In this document: positions 22,303 through 38,100 of the stretch, piece by piece
Numbering within the stretch: the stretch's first letter is position 1
Layout of the letters: each line of letters opens with the position of its first letter
Notes under the pieces: model-generated
Seen by the model: the letters and a program-made list of their open reading frames with translations, nothing else
The model's database searches: none
What the model was told of the DNA's origin: nothing
Made by a program: the position numbers and the translations under genes
Assembly: GCF_964204865.1 (NCBI RefSeq)
Contig: NC_135257.1
Location: 3,410,001-3,474,000, forward strand
Source of the DNA: Styela clava
Taxonomy: Eukaryota
Direction of reading: 5' to 3'
Length of the DNA: 64,000 bases

Positions 22303-25300
22303 CGCCTGAATTTTTCTCACCCAGTGCCTGTCTTCATGAAATATTTAACTACCACTTGGACTTTCTGAGTTATTCAGCTACGTGCAATCATATATAAATC
22401 AAACTTGCAGTGATAACTTTTTTGTAATAAATGATATACAGTATTTCTTTTTATATTTTCATTTTTTTTTATAATTTATAGCGCACAATAGATAAAATAC
22501 ATATCTATGTTATTAAACATCCGCTTGCTCTCCTTTCAAACGATCCAATGCAAATTAAACAGTCGGTTGCCTTGCAAATAATCATCCATTTCAGGCACAC
22601 AGTCGTGGAATATTTGCGAAGTAAACAATTAGTTTGAGTTTATTGTGAATTGTTATCATGTTCGTGCCTTCATTCCAATGGAATTCATCTCAGTAATCTC
22701 ATGTTGGCTCATAGTTCGGGTCGGGTTGAGATTTCCGGCCGATATCCGACTTGGATCGATCTTGTTTTAATGTCTTGGCCATAATTCCAAGCCGTTAATT
22801 TTGTAGAAGACATTGTTGCACAACGTTTTAATTGTAATCAAGACTTTTTCGCTATTAGGTTTTCTTAGTCCACATCCTGTAATAAATTTGTCAATGTCCG
22901 CTTTGCAAAATCGACACAGTCTGAAAAGGCTTACATAGTCAGAAATGTTGAATATCCTACCCACGAGACTGTCTCATGGTGATTGTATCTTGACTCCGTT
23001 AATTGCGTGCTTCCTTATTATTTAATTTGCATTGGTATTTTTCCTAAACACTTGAATTTATAAATGGTTTTCCCGAAAATAAAAATTGACAGGATTTTTT
23101 GCTGATTTTTCATATAGTTATAACAACGACATATTATTAGTGTTCGGCATTATTTCTCTAGATCTTCGACATAATAAAAAAGATCGCATAATGAAGAACA
23201 GGACGTTTGTAACATATCCGGTTTATTTGTCTCCGCGCACAATATTATCATTAATCATAATGCTGCGATTATTGCAATGTTTTGTCATTTATTTTTGCAC
23301 ACATGACAAAATTAGTAATCCTACATGCTTTTACCAGTAAATGAATTTTATACTTTTGCATTGAATTCAAAACTGCCTCGTGTCAGATATAGACTAAGAT
23401 AATGTATAAATTATTTTTTATGTTCTTAAAATTGAATCATTATGAATTTACAGTGAGTTTTATGTTTTTTTTAATTCTCGTCTAAATGTTTTGTCCCTGT
23501 ACTTATTCTGTTCAGAAACAGTTACAAATGATTCATCTACATTGTATAGTTTTTTACATAGTTCGGCGTAATGTAGTTTTATTGTCTTTAGTTCTTAGTT
23601 CCATTGAGATCAGTTAGTGTAATAATGCCAAAAGTAAAATATAGAACGGAACTCTACTATCTTGCTTATAGATGTGTTCGGTATATTTTTTCCAATTTAA
23701 TTTTTAATTCGAAATCTATGTACTATACTATTATTTTTCAGATTGTTTACGTACTCAGATAGTTACAGAAATCCATTTACTTATTTCAATTTCTCGGGGC
23801 TGTTCATATGAATGTACTTTACATGCATGCTTAGCCTAAAATGTTTAGTAATAACGATAACTAGATCCCACTAATTGAAGAAATATAGCTAAAACGGTTC
23901 AAATCGCCATAAACAATTTAAATATTTGGAAACTATTGAGTAACTTTATTTTTTGTAAAACTGTTCAAGATTGGATGATAATTTTAAGCCAATATGAAAA
24001 AATTTGACAATAATTTCGCAGGCTAATATTTTTTTTGGAAGTGTCCAATCACAATTTCTAAATCATTCCATACTCTCAAGTGTGATATTTACCCTGTAGC
24101 AAAACATCAAGCATCTTCATAAAATAGCTTTATTTACAGGCATTGTTTAACTTTATTTAACTTGAGATAAATAAAGATAGTTTGTGGGAATTTGTCGGAA
24201 ACAATTAAATCTTTGGGCGAGAAATATAACGAGTGTTTAACTTTCGGATCAGCATGAGAATATGTATTGTCACGAATTGTATTCGAGTGTACACTATGCT
24301 TGAGGACTCGGGATGATTTTCGACAACGAAAAAGAATCCGCTGAGATCGGACTTTGTAATACTTCCTACCATTTTTATTAGGGCTCATCATCTAATGGCG
24401 GAGTGAAAAATGTCATATGCTGTACTCGCCTGTCCCATTCACAATGCTAAAATGTCTGGTTCTTAGCAGGACGAATAGCTGCAATTTCTATCGTACAAAG
24501 GGTGAAAATACTGATTTGATTTGAAGAAAAAAAATTAAATCACGATCAAACAGTATCTGCGTATGCTTAATTATTTAGAAACTCCAAAACAGGCGATTAC
24601 AATTACAGGGAAAATATATTAAATTTACAAAGATTTATTACTATGTAGAGCAAAAGGTTCGTTTGTAGTTTGGCTTGTCCAGTAACAAGTACCACTTGGT
24701 AAAGAAGCCGTTGTTAAGCCTTCACCACTTTTGGGTGTCCCAGTGTCTAAGCAACCTGAATACTAAAGAGAAATTAAATAAATGACATTTATGACAATTC
24801 GTAAAATCAAGATCTTTGTAGTTTTGTATACAGTTTTCTTTTTATACTAATTTTCATTTTCAATTAGTTAAGGTAACATGATCTAACAATTCGGTACCGC
24901 TTTGCGTATACAGTTAGGATGAGTTGAGTAAAAAGCGAGAACAGATCGTTCTAGAGATTGAGAACACAAAACAAAAGATGTATTAAAAACATGATTCCAA
25001 GAGCAATCTGTTTTGGGAAGAAGATCACACTTGGTGAATAATAAGATAAACGCCCCTTATTTTAATCAAAGTTGTTTTTCGGGCTTTGGTTTTCGGTTGA
25101 AGTTTTCTACTGTAGACTTGTGATTTTAGCATACGTCGAATATCACTCGTTGAAATAATTGAGAATAATTTTAATATAAAAGATCGCGCGGAAGATAATA
25201 TATTTATCCGAAAAATCTGATATTAGTTGAAAGCACATCAGTGCAGAGCAGACGTGAATATTTTTATATAGTCGTCATATACAAACAAACCAACTTGTGC

Positions 25301-28300
25301 AATTGCCATTTGAAGGGTAATTTTTCTGTTTGCTGCATTGTGCTATAGGATCACGGGATTTTATGTCTATGCGCTTAAAACTAAATACACCAATAACTTT
25401 ACGTGGCAACCCGTACTTCGTGGCATGATTGCTATTGTATAGTGTATTGTATTTCTGGCAATTTTCTGTACCTTGTTCAACATTGTATTGTAATATACCA
25501 CGCTCATTAAAATATTCTCGTTGTTCGTTATGTATTTACGTGGGAAGTTAGAATAAAAGACCGGGTTATGAAATTTTATGCCTTTGGTTTTGAACACAAT
25601 GGTAGTTAAGATCGAACACTATTCACGTCCAATATTTACAATTGTTTTCACTTTATTGTCGTCAAAGTCTTTGTTCGCCCAGTTTTTATTTCCGCTTCGT
25701 TGTATAACATCGGCAGCTACAGCAGGGTGGGGTTATAAATACTGCAGGAGTATTGTACCAGCTTTTGATATTCATAATTACATTTTCCTAGGTTAATACA
25801 AAACGACGAAAAAGTCATAATTACGCTTACAGTAGGAAAGCATTTAAACGCAAACAGCATCCATAGTTCCGTCCTTATCCACAAATAGCTATTAAATGTC
25901 TGCTACGTGATGGAAACGATACCATTTTGGTTACAAATCTATATTGCCCTATTTCCATTGTATACGATTGAAAATGTGAAATTTGTAACTCAAAATTTTC
26001 ATCTCGAAATTGAATATATCGTTTGAATATCCTTTGCGTCGGAATGATTCCCAGTGCTTGAAACGTAATGTAGTTTCTTTCGTATATAGGTGTAATCTCT
26101 TTTTATGGAGCCGTGTCTACAGCACAAATGTATAAAAACAACCAATTCAAAGGAGGCTGTTTTGGGCAGCGATGATTTTATCATTTAGTTAACAACGGAG
26201 TCTTGGAATAAATAGAACAAAATGTATTTTCTAGAAATATCATCGATTAATTTCAATTATGGAGAATCTAGGGTATGAACGACGAAGACTATATAGTAAC
26301 TGAAAATTATTGCGTTCGTTTTCGGATTTGTTCGTCCGAAATATATGATGATTTCAAATCGTAAAATGTGCAATTGATAGTATATTATAGAGCACACCGC
26401 AAGATTTTTTAAACATAAGTAGCTTCTTTTGTACTTTGGTATAGGTCTACGAGCGTTACGGGCGATATCCTATATGATATCATTTTCTGAATTGACAATA
26501 AAAATGTACAATTAGATCAAAGCTAATAATGCCTTAAAATAATAACTTTTGATAATTTTTTGTTCAAACGAACGAACAACAGAACTCAGGAAATATCTCT
26601 ATAATTGCTTGAATGGAGTTCAAAGTTATCGAATCTAGAGATTGGGATAGTCGATGTACTTCACTTCATAACAAATCAAAAAATTGTTTTGAAAATTGAG
26701 AGTAAGAGTCTTTTAATTGCTACGACAAGGTGTGTCGGAAACAAATGCTGGGTTCGTGAGACATTGTTCAAAATCTAATTTTGTCTTTTTTCTCTTTGTT
26801 TGATATTCGTGAACACTGTTAAATTATAGGAAAGAGAAAATGTTTGTGAACAACACAGACTGTACGATTGTGTAACATTTTGATGCAATGAATGGGCTTG
26901 GAATTCTAAATCAATCAGTATTTTTTCCTGTCGTGGGAAACTCAGGTTCAATTAATTTACTTAATTTTTATACTTCGATATATACCTGAGAATTTGCCGT
27001 CAAATCATACTTGTTGCCTAATACCCCAACTACCATAAAGCATCTCGCGTTCATTTTTGTAATTTAAACGGTTCTGAAAGTTTTGGGAACGCACTACACA
27101 ATATTTTCTCGGTTCGTCCATGTCCTGTTCTTGTAATTCATATACGGCCAATTTCATTTAAATATGTGAACTGGCTTACGGCATTAGAGTTGTTAGACTT
27201 TATGGAGTTTGGAGTATACTATAAGAGTTTGCTTGAGTGATGCTTTTTCCAATTGCTCTATTTTTATTTACGATCGTCGATCAGTAAACAATCTTTCAGT
27301 TAATTATAGCAGAAGTTGAATAAACTCGCGTGTGATCGCAAACTAAATTTGATTTGATAAGTAACCAATCATGTGTATGGCCTGTTTACCTGCTGAATTA
27401 CTTCGGGGCACAGGCATGCTTATTCCGGATTTGAAAACAAGTTGTTTCAACTTCGCTGTTTGACTTCGGTATAATCAACGGTGCGAAAGTTTTAGGCTAT
27501 TCAAACAAATAGATAAATCTTCCAGGCCATTCGTTGTAATACCGTTGTAAAACTCCTAAGCAGCAATTCTCGTTAAGCGTGATTACTACGAGTCGTTCAA
27601 AAGTGTGCTGGATTTTAATTTCGACAGCACTTTCATCTGCTATTCCAATGCCTATACTTTTACATCTATGGACTATGGGTATACATCAATGAAAATAACT
27701 AAGTCGCACGGAACGTTTACTTCTATTGTAGGTGAAACTATTACCATTACCAGTCGTATTGCTCGGAAAATTGTACATTTCCCTGTACGTATTAAATTTG
27801 CGTTCTCTTAACTTTTAATATAACGTAAAACATTTCATTAATTGTATTCGGTATGTTACGAAATATGGTGTATAGTATAGAACGCTTGGTAAATATGCTC
27901 AAAAACTCTATGCAAAACGATGGAAAGGATAAAATGGACGAATGTTCGTCAATATAAATTGAGTTACATATTGCAAACATTTCGGCTTCCTAATGGAATC
28001 AATGCCTTATCAATTATCAATTTAATAGGGAAATGAACCTATTCTTTTCCTTGCAAGGCACGCCACATAACAACCGGATATTATTTGCGTTAAAAGCATA
28101 ATTGACAAAATGTAACGTCTTTTCTTTACTACTAATGGCAGTATTTGTTATTTTGTCGCAGGGGAAATATATAATTGTCCGTGTAACAAGCCTAAAACAT
28201 AATTTTCCTATTTCTATACATCAATGTCATTTCCATTAGTACTCAATTCGTAATGGATTTATGATGCATTAACAAATTCTCTATGGTTTATAATTGAGAC

Positions 28301-28740
28301 CTTTCATCGACCCTCAAGTGGTCTTGCCTACCTAACAATTAGATATTTTCATAATTACCTCCTCACGATAAGAGGTCTGTAATGGACTTTCAATTTTCTA
28401 CCAGAAATATTCATTTGTCTTAGAGTCATTTGTCTTAAAGACAAATCACGCTAAAACAAATGTAACAATTCAAACGACAATTCAATTCAGTTCAACGACA
28501 ATTCAAATTAACTATTTCGTTCATATCATATAGATTAAACATGTTTTACAGGAGTGATATGCTCTTTAGAGTTACTGTAAAATTCAAGTCACTGTTGATA
28601 TGAAAATAAGTATCGTTGTAAGATAAAATATTGCCATAAATTAAGATAATAAAACTACTTATGTCCAGTTTAAAGAAGTTTTCAGATGTCTTTCTCATCG
28701 TCGTCGACGCAAATTCATATTGAGAATGAGAGAGTTTGAG

Positions 28741-28930
28741 TGACGTCATTGATATTGTCTTTTTTTCTATTTCTCTCCGAGTCTTTCATCGCTCGACGCA
28801 TTCGGCAACAATGCTCGCGCTAGAGCGTTAGTCAGTGTGGATTGTATCGCCTCGGCGGTCGGATTGTGTAAGGAGAACGTGTTATAGAAGAGACGCATCG
28901 GGCCGCTTGTACTGGTCGTGACACAGTTAT
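28741..28930 (+). promoter_or_regulatory. Candidate SoxD core promoter
   Basis: Locally CpG/GC-rich segment 240-420 bp upstream of the ATG, with a CRE palindrome TGACGTCA (28741), an AACAATG site (~28808) and Inr-like TTAGTC/TCAGTG (~28828-28837). Confidence 0.4.
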
Positions 28931-29165
28931 AAAAGTATTAATGGTTTCAATTGTTTAATCGTTTCTCTATTGATATGCATACAATTAATTTTGGTTTCTT
29001 TTGTTAGTTCAATACAGATCAAATGTTTTATTATTAGACTCTTATTCCTTCGTTTTATCGTATTGTAAAAGAAAGTTTGATTCTTTTGCCGCGAAAAAGC
29101 ACATACGCCCGCCGAAGAAAGACGTTTTTTTTTGTAAAGTTTGAAGGAGAATACACAGTAGCAAT

Positions 29166-32100
29166 ATGATGGTTGCAGTTAGTGGCCATCTTATGGCAAA
29201 TTCAACAGGGTCTTCCCTAGTGAAAGCAACTTCCTCATTGGATTCACCTCCACCAAACAGCCCCGAGGCTCGTTTTTCACGTTCTGACCAGCAGGAATAC
29301 AACGGTGTGCCGCAGTTAACTGGATCCCCAAACCCCCAGAGTAGCGAGAGTTCATCCGAGAAATCACCCAGTTTGGATCATCAACATCAAGAAAAAATTT
29401 CACATCTGCATGCCGGTGCATTCTGCCAAGAAGAATATTTCAAAAAGAAACAACAATTTGTTCGCCCATTTTTATCTGACAGCGAGGCCGACGAATCTGA
29501 ACAAAAATGCGGAGGAGTGAACCCCAGAAATTTCATGTCGGAAAACCGTCAATTTTGCGATGGTTCTGAAATAGTAGATGGTATGGATTACGCCGGCTCT
29601 TCTGAAAAGAAAAGAAAATTCTCGGACGGGAAAGAATATTTTGACAACGTAGAAGAAAATTATAGTTCAACGAAGCATCGGAATTTTAGACGGAGCGACC
29701 AGGAAGGTATGAATACATAAAATTTCATTACATATATGGGAAATAGGCCTTTCCAGTATTTAATGCTTTATTTATTGCTTAGTATATATTTTCTACAATG
29801 AATGAACTTTTTTTTTCAAATATGCCTTCTCGTATTAATATCGCCTTGTGAGTTCAGTTTAAAGTAAAATTACGAATCACTTTAAAAATATTGAAATCTT
29901 ACAATACTTTATGTGCATAGAACAAACGACCTGCTTTAATATTTATTTTCCCATTATTCTCGTTTTAACAAAGGACACAATAGTAACATTCCTTTGTCGC
30001 AATATGTTCGAGCGGAAAATATTCTTTCGCTTTGGGAGCATCGTTTCAATCGATTTTTATTTCGACGCATAAATTCAATATTTAACTTCCTATTAGAGCT
30101 CAATGAATTGTTTTGTGATCAACCCTGCGCGTCCAATAATGCTCGCAGCATTCAGCAGATTGGCTATTATATGGATGTGCAAGTCAATTTCCTTTGCTAG
30201 GAATAGCATGCGGAATATTTTCTAGTATTTTGAAATAATGAATGATGTTTTTATGTATCATAAATATGCTGCTGTTACCATTTGCCATCCTAACACCACC
30301 AATATAGACTGTTCGGTGTATATTCAAAAGAATCGATTTTTTCCGAATTTCGAAACGCAAACAAAATATTTGACACATCCGTAAATCGACTCGGTTTTAA
30401 TTTATAAATGTCCATTTGATTCAAATTGCTTCGATGTATTGATTTAATATTCTTATGGTACAACTTGATATACAGTACAAGAAATTGTCAAACGCTGTTG
30501 TAATTGAGAATTCATCGTAAACAGACAAATGTTTTATAGCATGAAAAAGGTTATGCACGCGTGTGTGATGACTATATTCGGGGTGAAGTTTATGCCAGCT
30601 AATTTTAATTTTACGCGTTTGGTTTATGGCCTTAACGTCGTTATTATGGCTTACACCAGTGACAAATTTAGCGCAAATACGGCTGTCACGTAATGCGGCA
30701 AATAGCAATATCCAACATAATAAAATGTCTTGTGTGAACAACGGTTCCTGCTCCGTCCTTATTGCATTGTGCTATTGTTGGAAATTGTTGAACCAGTTTC
30801 ACGTATACCCTGCTTATGTCTTGCTGCACTATCATAGATTTTTATTTCCTGTTCAAAAGTATCGTTTGCGTAGCCATTTTCGACAATGAATGTACGAAAA
30901 CGTATCTTTTGATAGTGTTAGACCAGAGGAAAATAGTCAAGCAAAATTGTACTCTCTTCACGTTTGCTTATTTACCTCCCAAACATTCTGTATTCTGTGT
31001 ATTTTTAATTTGGGATGCAGATTTTTTTGTATTTCAACATTGGTTTTCGCCCAGTAATTGTTTGAATTTCAATCAATTATAATGAACTATAATATAACTA
31101 CCACAATCCAATTAGTAATTTATGCAATATTCTTACGAATGAGGTATTCGCTACATTACCTAATACTTCCTATTGTTATTACTCTCGAATCATTTAAACT
31201 AATAGGATTTAATTTTTTTAATCCTCACGAAGGCACACGACAAATAACTTATAAATCGGAGATATACACCGTGCTACTGTATTAAATGAATTTAAGACAA
31301 TGCCATTATCGCGAATCTTTTTCGTCATCTTGTTTGCAGATATCGGAGACCGACTCTCTGACTGCATATAGAGAGTGAAATGTACGGAAACGTTAATAAT
31401 ATTTTGCTCACCAGAGACCAGTATATATATATGAAGATTTACCATATCTGCTTTTTGATATTGGCAGAATGCTCTCCTGAAAATAACGACCTAGGGAAGA
31501 ATGAGGCCAACAATCAACTTCAGGACCTGAGGACAAATGGCCAGGGCGAGAGAAGGTTGTCATCGCCAACAATGAAAGAAGTCACACATCTCCATTCTCC
31601 AAACATCTATACACGTCGGTCAAGTGATGACAAGTCCGACGAAATGGATTCCACTAATGCGAAGTAAATGCTCTTTTGTTATTTTATAGATTTTCAATAT
31701 TGTTTTGGTCATTTTACTTAAAGTATCGATTTTACCGTCGAAAACAATATTGGCTTTACTTACTTACTTCGTATTTTTGTCTTACTTCCTCCGACCGCCA
31801 TTTTGTCTTTACTGTATCTAAACTGTCAGAGGACTAAAATAGATTTCTTGCTTGAAGCCAAAATTTATCGAACGATCATCGACGACGTGACAACTTGGCG
31901 AACGTTGTGAATAATCTGAGGCAAAGAAATGGCGCAACTGAAGAAAACCCGACAGAAAGACACTGCCACCAACATATCGACAAGGCAATGATACACCAGG
32001 ATACTACCAACTGCGAATATTCTTCAAAATCTAACGATATGATATTTCAGACACGACGGATTTCAAGTGGAGGTGAGTGGCAAACTATGAATACACATAT

Positions 32101-35100
32101 TTCTGTATTCGTCTTTTCCTCGCTCTATGTTTAACAATAAATTACCACATTACGCGATGTTACTTTCAAACGGGGATTATTTATTTCCAGATGAATCCAA
32201 TGATTGGATTTCAAAGAAAGAGCAAAAACTAACAGAAATGATAGACCAATTGAAAGGACTCAGAGAAAAACTCATGGTCTCAAAAGTAAGTCAGAAGTTT
32301 TCTTTTTTTTTTCAAATCAATATTTGAATATAACTAAAAGAATAGCAACTGCGTAATGAACACATAACAAATATCGGGAAATTAAGTTGAAAAATTAAAT
32401 TTTTTTATCAGGACGAACAGACCAAAGAGGCTGCAACCAATGTACTAAAACAGCAAGAACATCTGGAATTAGCAAGACAACAGCAAGAACAAGTTAGTAT
32501 TGGTTGTTTAGATAAGCAAACACTCGAACATCAGAAACTAGCTATCGTACTTATAACGATCACATTGCCTAACCAATTTATTACATTCAGAGTAACGTTT
32601 TACAAAAATTTGATTTTCTCTAAAATTTGAAATGTTTATTTGGGTTGTACCGAACAGTTCAAATTTGCACAAATAACTAAATTGAAATAGGTTTACAAAC
32701 ATCAATATCGCAATGCTAATGTTGAATACCATTTTATTATTATTTACATCTTTTTCCGATATTATGAAATATATTTTCAATTTTTTCTGTCATTAATTAG
32801 GTCAAATCCTAAATTTAAAATATGATTAAACGATTTTGCGTTTTATGAGATATTGTTGTTGGCGTGCTTAGATTTATATATAAACATCCTATAATAGTTT
32901 CTCAGAATACAGATATCTCATAAATAAAACGATGGTGTATATTAATAATTGTTGCCTCATCTAAACTAGGAAAACCTATACAAATTTGTAGGAAAACAAA
33001 CGTTTTTCTCCTTCTCGTGTGCCGAAAACAATGCCGGTAATTCAAAATTAAAATTGAAGATTTCCGAAATAAATTCTAAGAACACGAATCCACCCTTGTG
33101 GTTTTGTCCACCATGAAAGAATTGATAAATATTACAGAAATAAGAAATTTGTTTAGATCAAAATGACTCCTAATTCGAAATGTAAATTTAACCAAGAATA
33201 TAATTATCATTTGACAAAAAATGCTATTTGTTTAGAGCACAACAATAATAGTAATCAGTTCATTTATGTCAGAATGCTACTTAGTTTTACAAAAACTTTA
33301 CTTCTAAATTTCTAATGTATGAGTTGAAAAATTATAATTAGAATGGATAATATAAACATAATCAATGAATCATTGGATAACGGGAATTTAAGAGAAACTG
33401 GAATGGTGTAGGTCAAATACAATGTAATGACACACATACACACCCATATGTCAGGCCGCGTTTTCCGCATCATTTGGGAGCGTTTAACACTAAAAAACGA
33501 CATGAAAGACGTCATAATGTAACTATGAATGCATATGTTTATATAAAGGGAGTGTAGTATCAGTTTTCATTTATCTTGAAAAGACAATTTGACATGACAG
33601 GTGATTTAGCGTTTACGAAAAACAAATTCTTCAGCAATGCTGGGATGCTTATATAGAAAATGACAGATATATGTATTCAAAATCATGAAATTTAACAAAC
33701 AAATAAATACTTTAGAGATACAATGGTAATTTCCCTGTACAAAAATGGGATGGTCCATAGAATCCGTACCAGGCGTCGTTGACGAACAATATAAATGGAG
33801 ATAACAATTTGCTTCGATATCAATCTTCTGATCTTATAGTTCCACACACACCCTTACCACATTGACAATTTAATTGAGTCAATTAGACTTGCCCACATTT
33901 GGAATCCACTATCATATCTTGGTACTCGATTATGAATGTAGAAATATATATAACAAAATAATAAATAGGAAGAAAAAAATTAAAATGAAAACACCAGCTA
34001 TAGTGCCATTTGTAGTGCTATTGAAAAGCATTTTACATTAGCCGGCTTCACGGTACGACGAATCTATTGTTAGAAAGAAAAGCTCTTTCTGCGCCAAACC
34101 CCCATGTTTTTGTTGCGTCGATACGTGTAGTCTTTGTTTGGTTGACAGAGAAATGGGCAGGTATCTCGACGGGATTGAGTTGTTTTTGTTGTTAAACTTA
34201 GCGAGGTGATTAACAACCATCTATAAATCGCGCGACAAAGAAAACTCAATCCGAAAAGACATCGGTCGTATATTTATCTAATGGTGTTACGATTCTGGTT
34301 GATAACTTATTGAGCACTTGGTCAAAGATCAACTGAGAATAACCATGATCGACAAAAATTCTTCAATGAAGTGGAGAAATTTTAGAATAGTAGAAAAAGT
34401 TTCTTTTCTGCATTTGCTTCTGCAAATAGTAATGTCGGTTTTGTTCTTTTCCACGAATCTATTTCAAAGGTCCGATTTCGCGGTTTTGTCGAACATCAAA
34501 TTTTGATTAATAAATCGTGCGTTATTTTCCAACATCAAAGACCAACTCGTGATAATAAGATCACGATATCAAATAACATTAATTTAAATAGTGCCAACAA
34601 TATCGCTTAATAGCGGTTGTCGTGTGGTATTCGCTTATTTCACATGCACGTTTCTTCACGCTTATTACGGCGAATTACGAACGTTGCGTATCCGAAGCGT
34701 GCTGACTTTCTGCTTATGGTACGCGGAGAAATTAACCCCGAGTTTGAATGGCGAATAGGCCGTACCTGAGTTAACGTTGCAATATCTAATTAAGTTGCAC
34801 AGGTAGAAGAAACCGTCAAAGGTTCTGTTTGCACCACGCGGTAAAACGACGCGACGCTATCCATACAGGAAAGACAGAAGCCAATCAACACCAAAAAGGT
34901 GTTGTAATGAGCTTTATGGATATAATTAATATGATTATTGTTTTGTGTTGTCAGAATTGACAGCCTTGGCACGCGTTTGTAATGTTTCAATAATTAAAGA
35001 TTGCAGCAGAACTCTTTTCTCGCGTCTCCCATTGATGTCAAAACATTTAATTTTCCGTCAGCTAATTTATGCTTTTTGTTTTGCATCATCTTCGGCAAAC

Positions 35101-38100
35101 GTGGGACTTCGAAACCAGAGCGTCGAATCCTCACACCAGGCTCGCGTTAGCGCTTTAAGCTTTTGGGCAGAAAAGTTGGACACACTAACCCGTCTTTGAT
35201 TTTTACATTGTGTTTATTGTATCAGTCGGGTCGCTTTTGATAATCTAGATTTGCTCTCGTGCGGGAGTTGTTTCAAACAACACAAAAACAGAAGACAGCG
35301 GGCGCACTGCACAAAGAATACGTTTTGAATAAAAAACCTCCCATCTCGAGTTACTTCATTGTCTGTTATTTCGTCGCAACAATCAGCGGGGATTTCATGG
35401 TTCTATAATGCCCATTATCTTTTATTTACGACGACCCATCGCTTTGTTTTGAGTTCGTAGTAAGACAATAATTTCATTCTTCTACAGTCGGGCGCTAAGT
35501 GCTTTTTCGCGCATTTCGTCCCGTGACGTAATCGACAAGTTAGAAACTCGATCCAATAATTTTCGATAACTATTACCATAAAAAAGCTAACCGCTGATGA
35601 CGATACCCTTCTCTATATTGACCACATTCGATTTTTGTAATCAATACGACAGCGCGGGTGAAGTGCAAATGGGCAAAACGAAAACGAATTGCATAAAATT
35701 AGTTAATCGTAATTTACTTTACCGTAACAAATGGACTGTCGAATCGCTGGGGATGTGGAACGTCATCTGAATATATTGACCCGTTATATTCCTGTCATGA
35801 CACATTAGTGGTATTTCCCTCTAGAAAAGATACATTCGGAATGAATTCGGCAAAATATTAACTTTAGTTGATGAGCATAACGTAACAATCATAAGAAATT
35901 ATTATATTTCACGAATTATTAAATATTCAAATTGTTATTCATTGCACAAGACTGAAAAATATCAACGTTACCCACCCATTACCAAAAAGTAACATCGGAC
36001 AAAACACGCAAATTTGATATGTGGGTATTAGCCAACCTCTCTCCTACTCTATGAGTACCGGTAGCGAATTTATCTAAAGTTGACGTGTTATGGATCGCTC
36101 TCATGTATCTTCATTACCCGCGCCTTTGTTCCATTAGTCAATCGAATATATCTCGCTGACTTTGTTTTTGTTGTGTATAATGCGAGGATGAACATTGAAT
36201 ACCCCCATACAGTACTTTATTTCGACTCATTGTCTTGTTTTGCTTTCGAAAACCACAATGGTTATTTACCAGCTTTTTATTCGCTCTGTCTTTCTTCGCC
36301 GCAAACGACCCCTTGTTTGGGGTATAACCCATTAACTAACACCCACGGTTAAAAAGTCGATCTTTATCTGTAATTTATTGCATCACTGGAATTTCGCTGT
36401 ATAGCTGTTTATCATTTGTATGATTTGAAAGCTGCTCATTGGGCTGGTATTTTTAACTACCTAGTTTTTACATTATTTACAAAGAACTTCGTTAATTTAA
36501 ATTTTGTTTTCATAGTGTGAACTTTAGGATAAAAATCTTACTCATATGTACGCTGGTATTATCACGTTGCACAATATCTTTCAGAAAATGCATTGTTGCT
36601 TCTTAGCTCTCACAACAATATAAACAAATACTGTAAAGTAAAGCGTGACTAAAAATTTAACCAGTGGTGAGGTGAGGGTTAATAAACCAAATACCGACAA
36701 AGGCGGGAAGATCGGTCCTGCTTGCTTATTCACGTGCTTTGCTTGGGATATTATCAGAGTGACAGAAAATTTGTGAAATCAGACGTGTCATATCTTCAGG
36801 GATTGTGTAGATAGCAGAGTCGCCTTTAGGTCACAATAGGACAAAACTTCTGAACAGCCAAAAAGAATCAGTAACTTTACCAACGAACTACAGTAATTAT
36901 GGAACCAAAAATTTGTCGCAATCATTCACTGAGTATGAACTTCATCACGCAGAGTCATATGATGCATTACTGTCGCATATTTAGAGAAAACAATCCGCGG
37001 TGTGTATTTTACAATATGCCAGACATCATTAACTTTGAAATTCCGTTACATTTTGGTACTATTATGCAATTTGGCGGACTTAACGTCCGGAAAAATTCAT
37101 TTAACTGTTGCACATGACAATGGCAGTTTACGTGCGAAATAAATTATGTATGTTGCTTCTCCAACCGAACAAAAGCGGCGGTATCTCGGGAGATACATTG
37201 TATGCAGACTTGCGTTTAATTATTCAAGATTTTCTCGCACATTTTCTATATGAAATGTCGACCAGACAAAAAAATCATATTTTGACTGCCAGTGAAATTA
37301 TTGTCGCCTAGCGACACTTAATCAGTCATATTACTGTTTATTGTAATTTTAGATCGAAATGAACACAACTAGCACACGTAGAGCTACTTAACAAAATGCA
37401 GCAAAATTGTGACGTCATCATGGTGACGTCGATAAATCGGCCGATATATTTAAAAGCGACTTAATATAATCTTTCGCATCGTTATTTTACGATAAATATT
37501 TTGTTGAAACGAATCGTTTAAAATTTCATATTTTCCCCTTAGATTGCTCGTCAACAACAACAACTACTTGAGCAACAGCACAGAATAAACTTATTACAAC
37601 AGCAAATTCAGGTAAGTTCATCAATTTTTATATTCATAATTTCACACTGGTGATATTTTGTTCATTGAGTTATCAAGATTGTAGAAAGTAGAAATGATAA
37701 GCAAATCACTAGGAAGACCTCAATTTCAGTCAGCTTTTATAATATCTTTTTATTGTATTCAAGTTAAATCGCCAATCGAATCGCCACGTTAAACTAGTTT
37801 CACGGTAGTCATGCCAGGCAATGATGAAGCACGAGCAAAGCATGATATCATGCAGCAACACACGGTTGTAATAGGGAAATACCGATGTTGTGCATGTCCA
37901 TTTTAAGACATAAAAATCGAGCATTTTCGATGAATATTTTTGTATTGGATAAAGTTGAAGTGTCTGATATCTAAAGCATTTTGCTTATATTAGAATCTAT
38001 ACATCATACGTATATCGGAAAATGAAATTGTAGCCAAAAAAATGCCACGTATGGTTTTCCCATATCACTCAAAGTCCAGGTCAGAATTATTATTCGTATT

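Noticed and set aside
14800-29000. Numerous 60-120 aa ORFs in the track here and inside SoxD introns
   Set aside because: Composition typical of random AT-rich frames, with no domains and no consistent splice chains.
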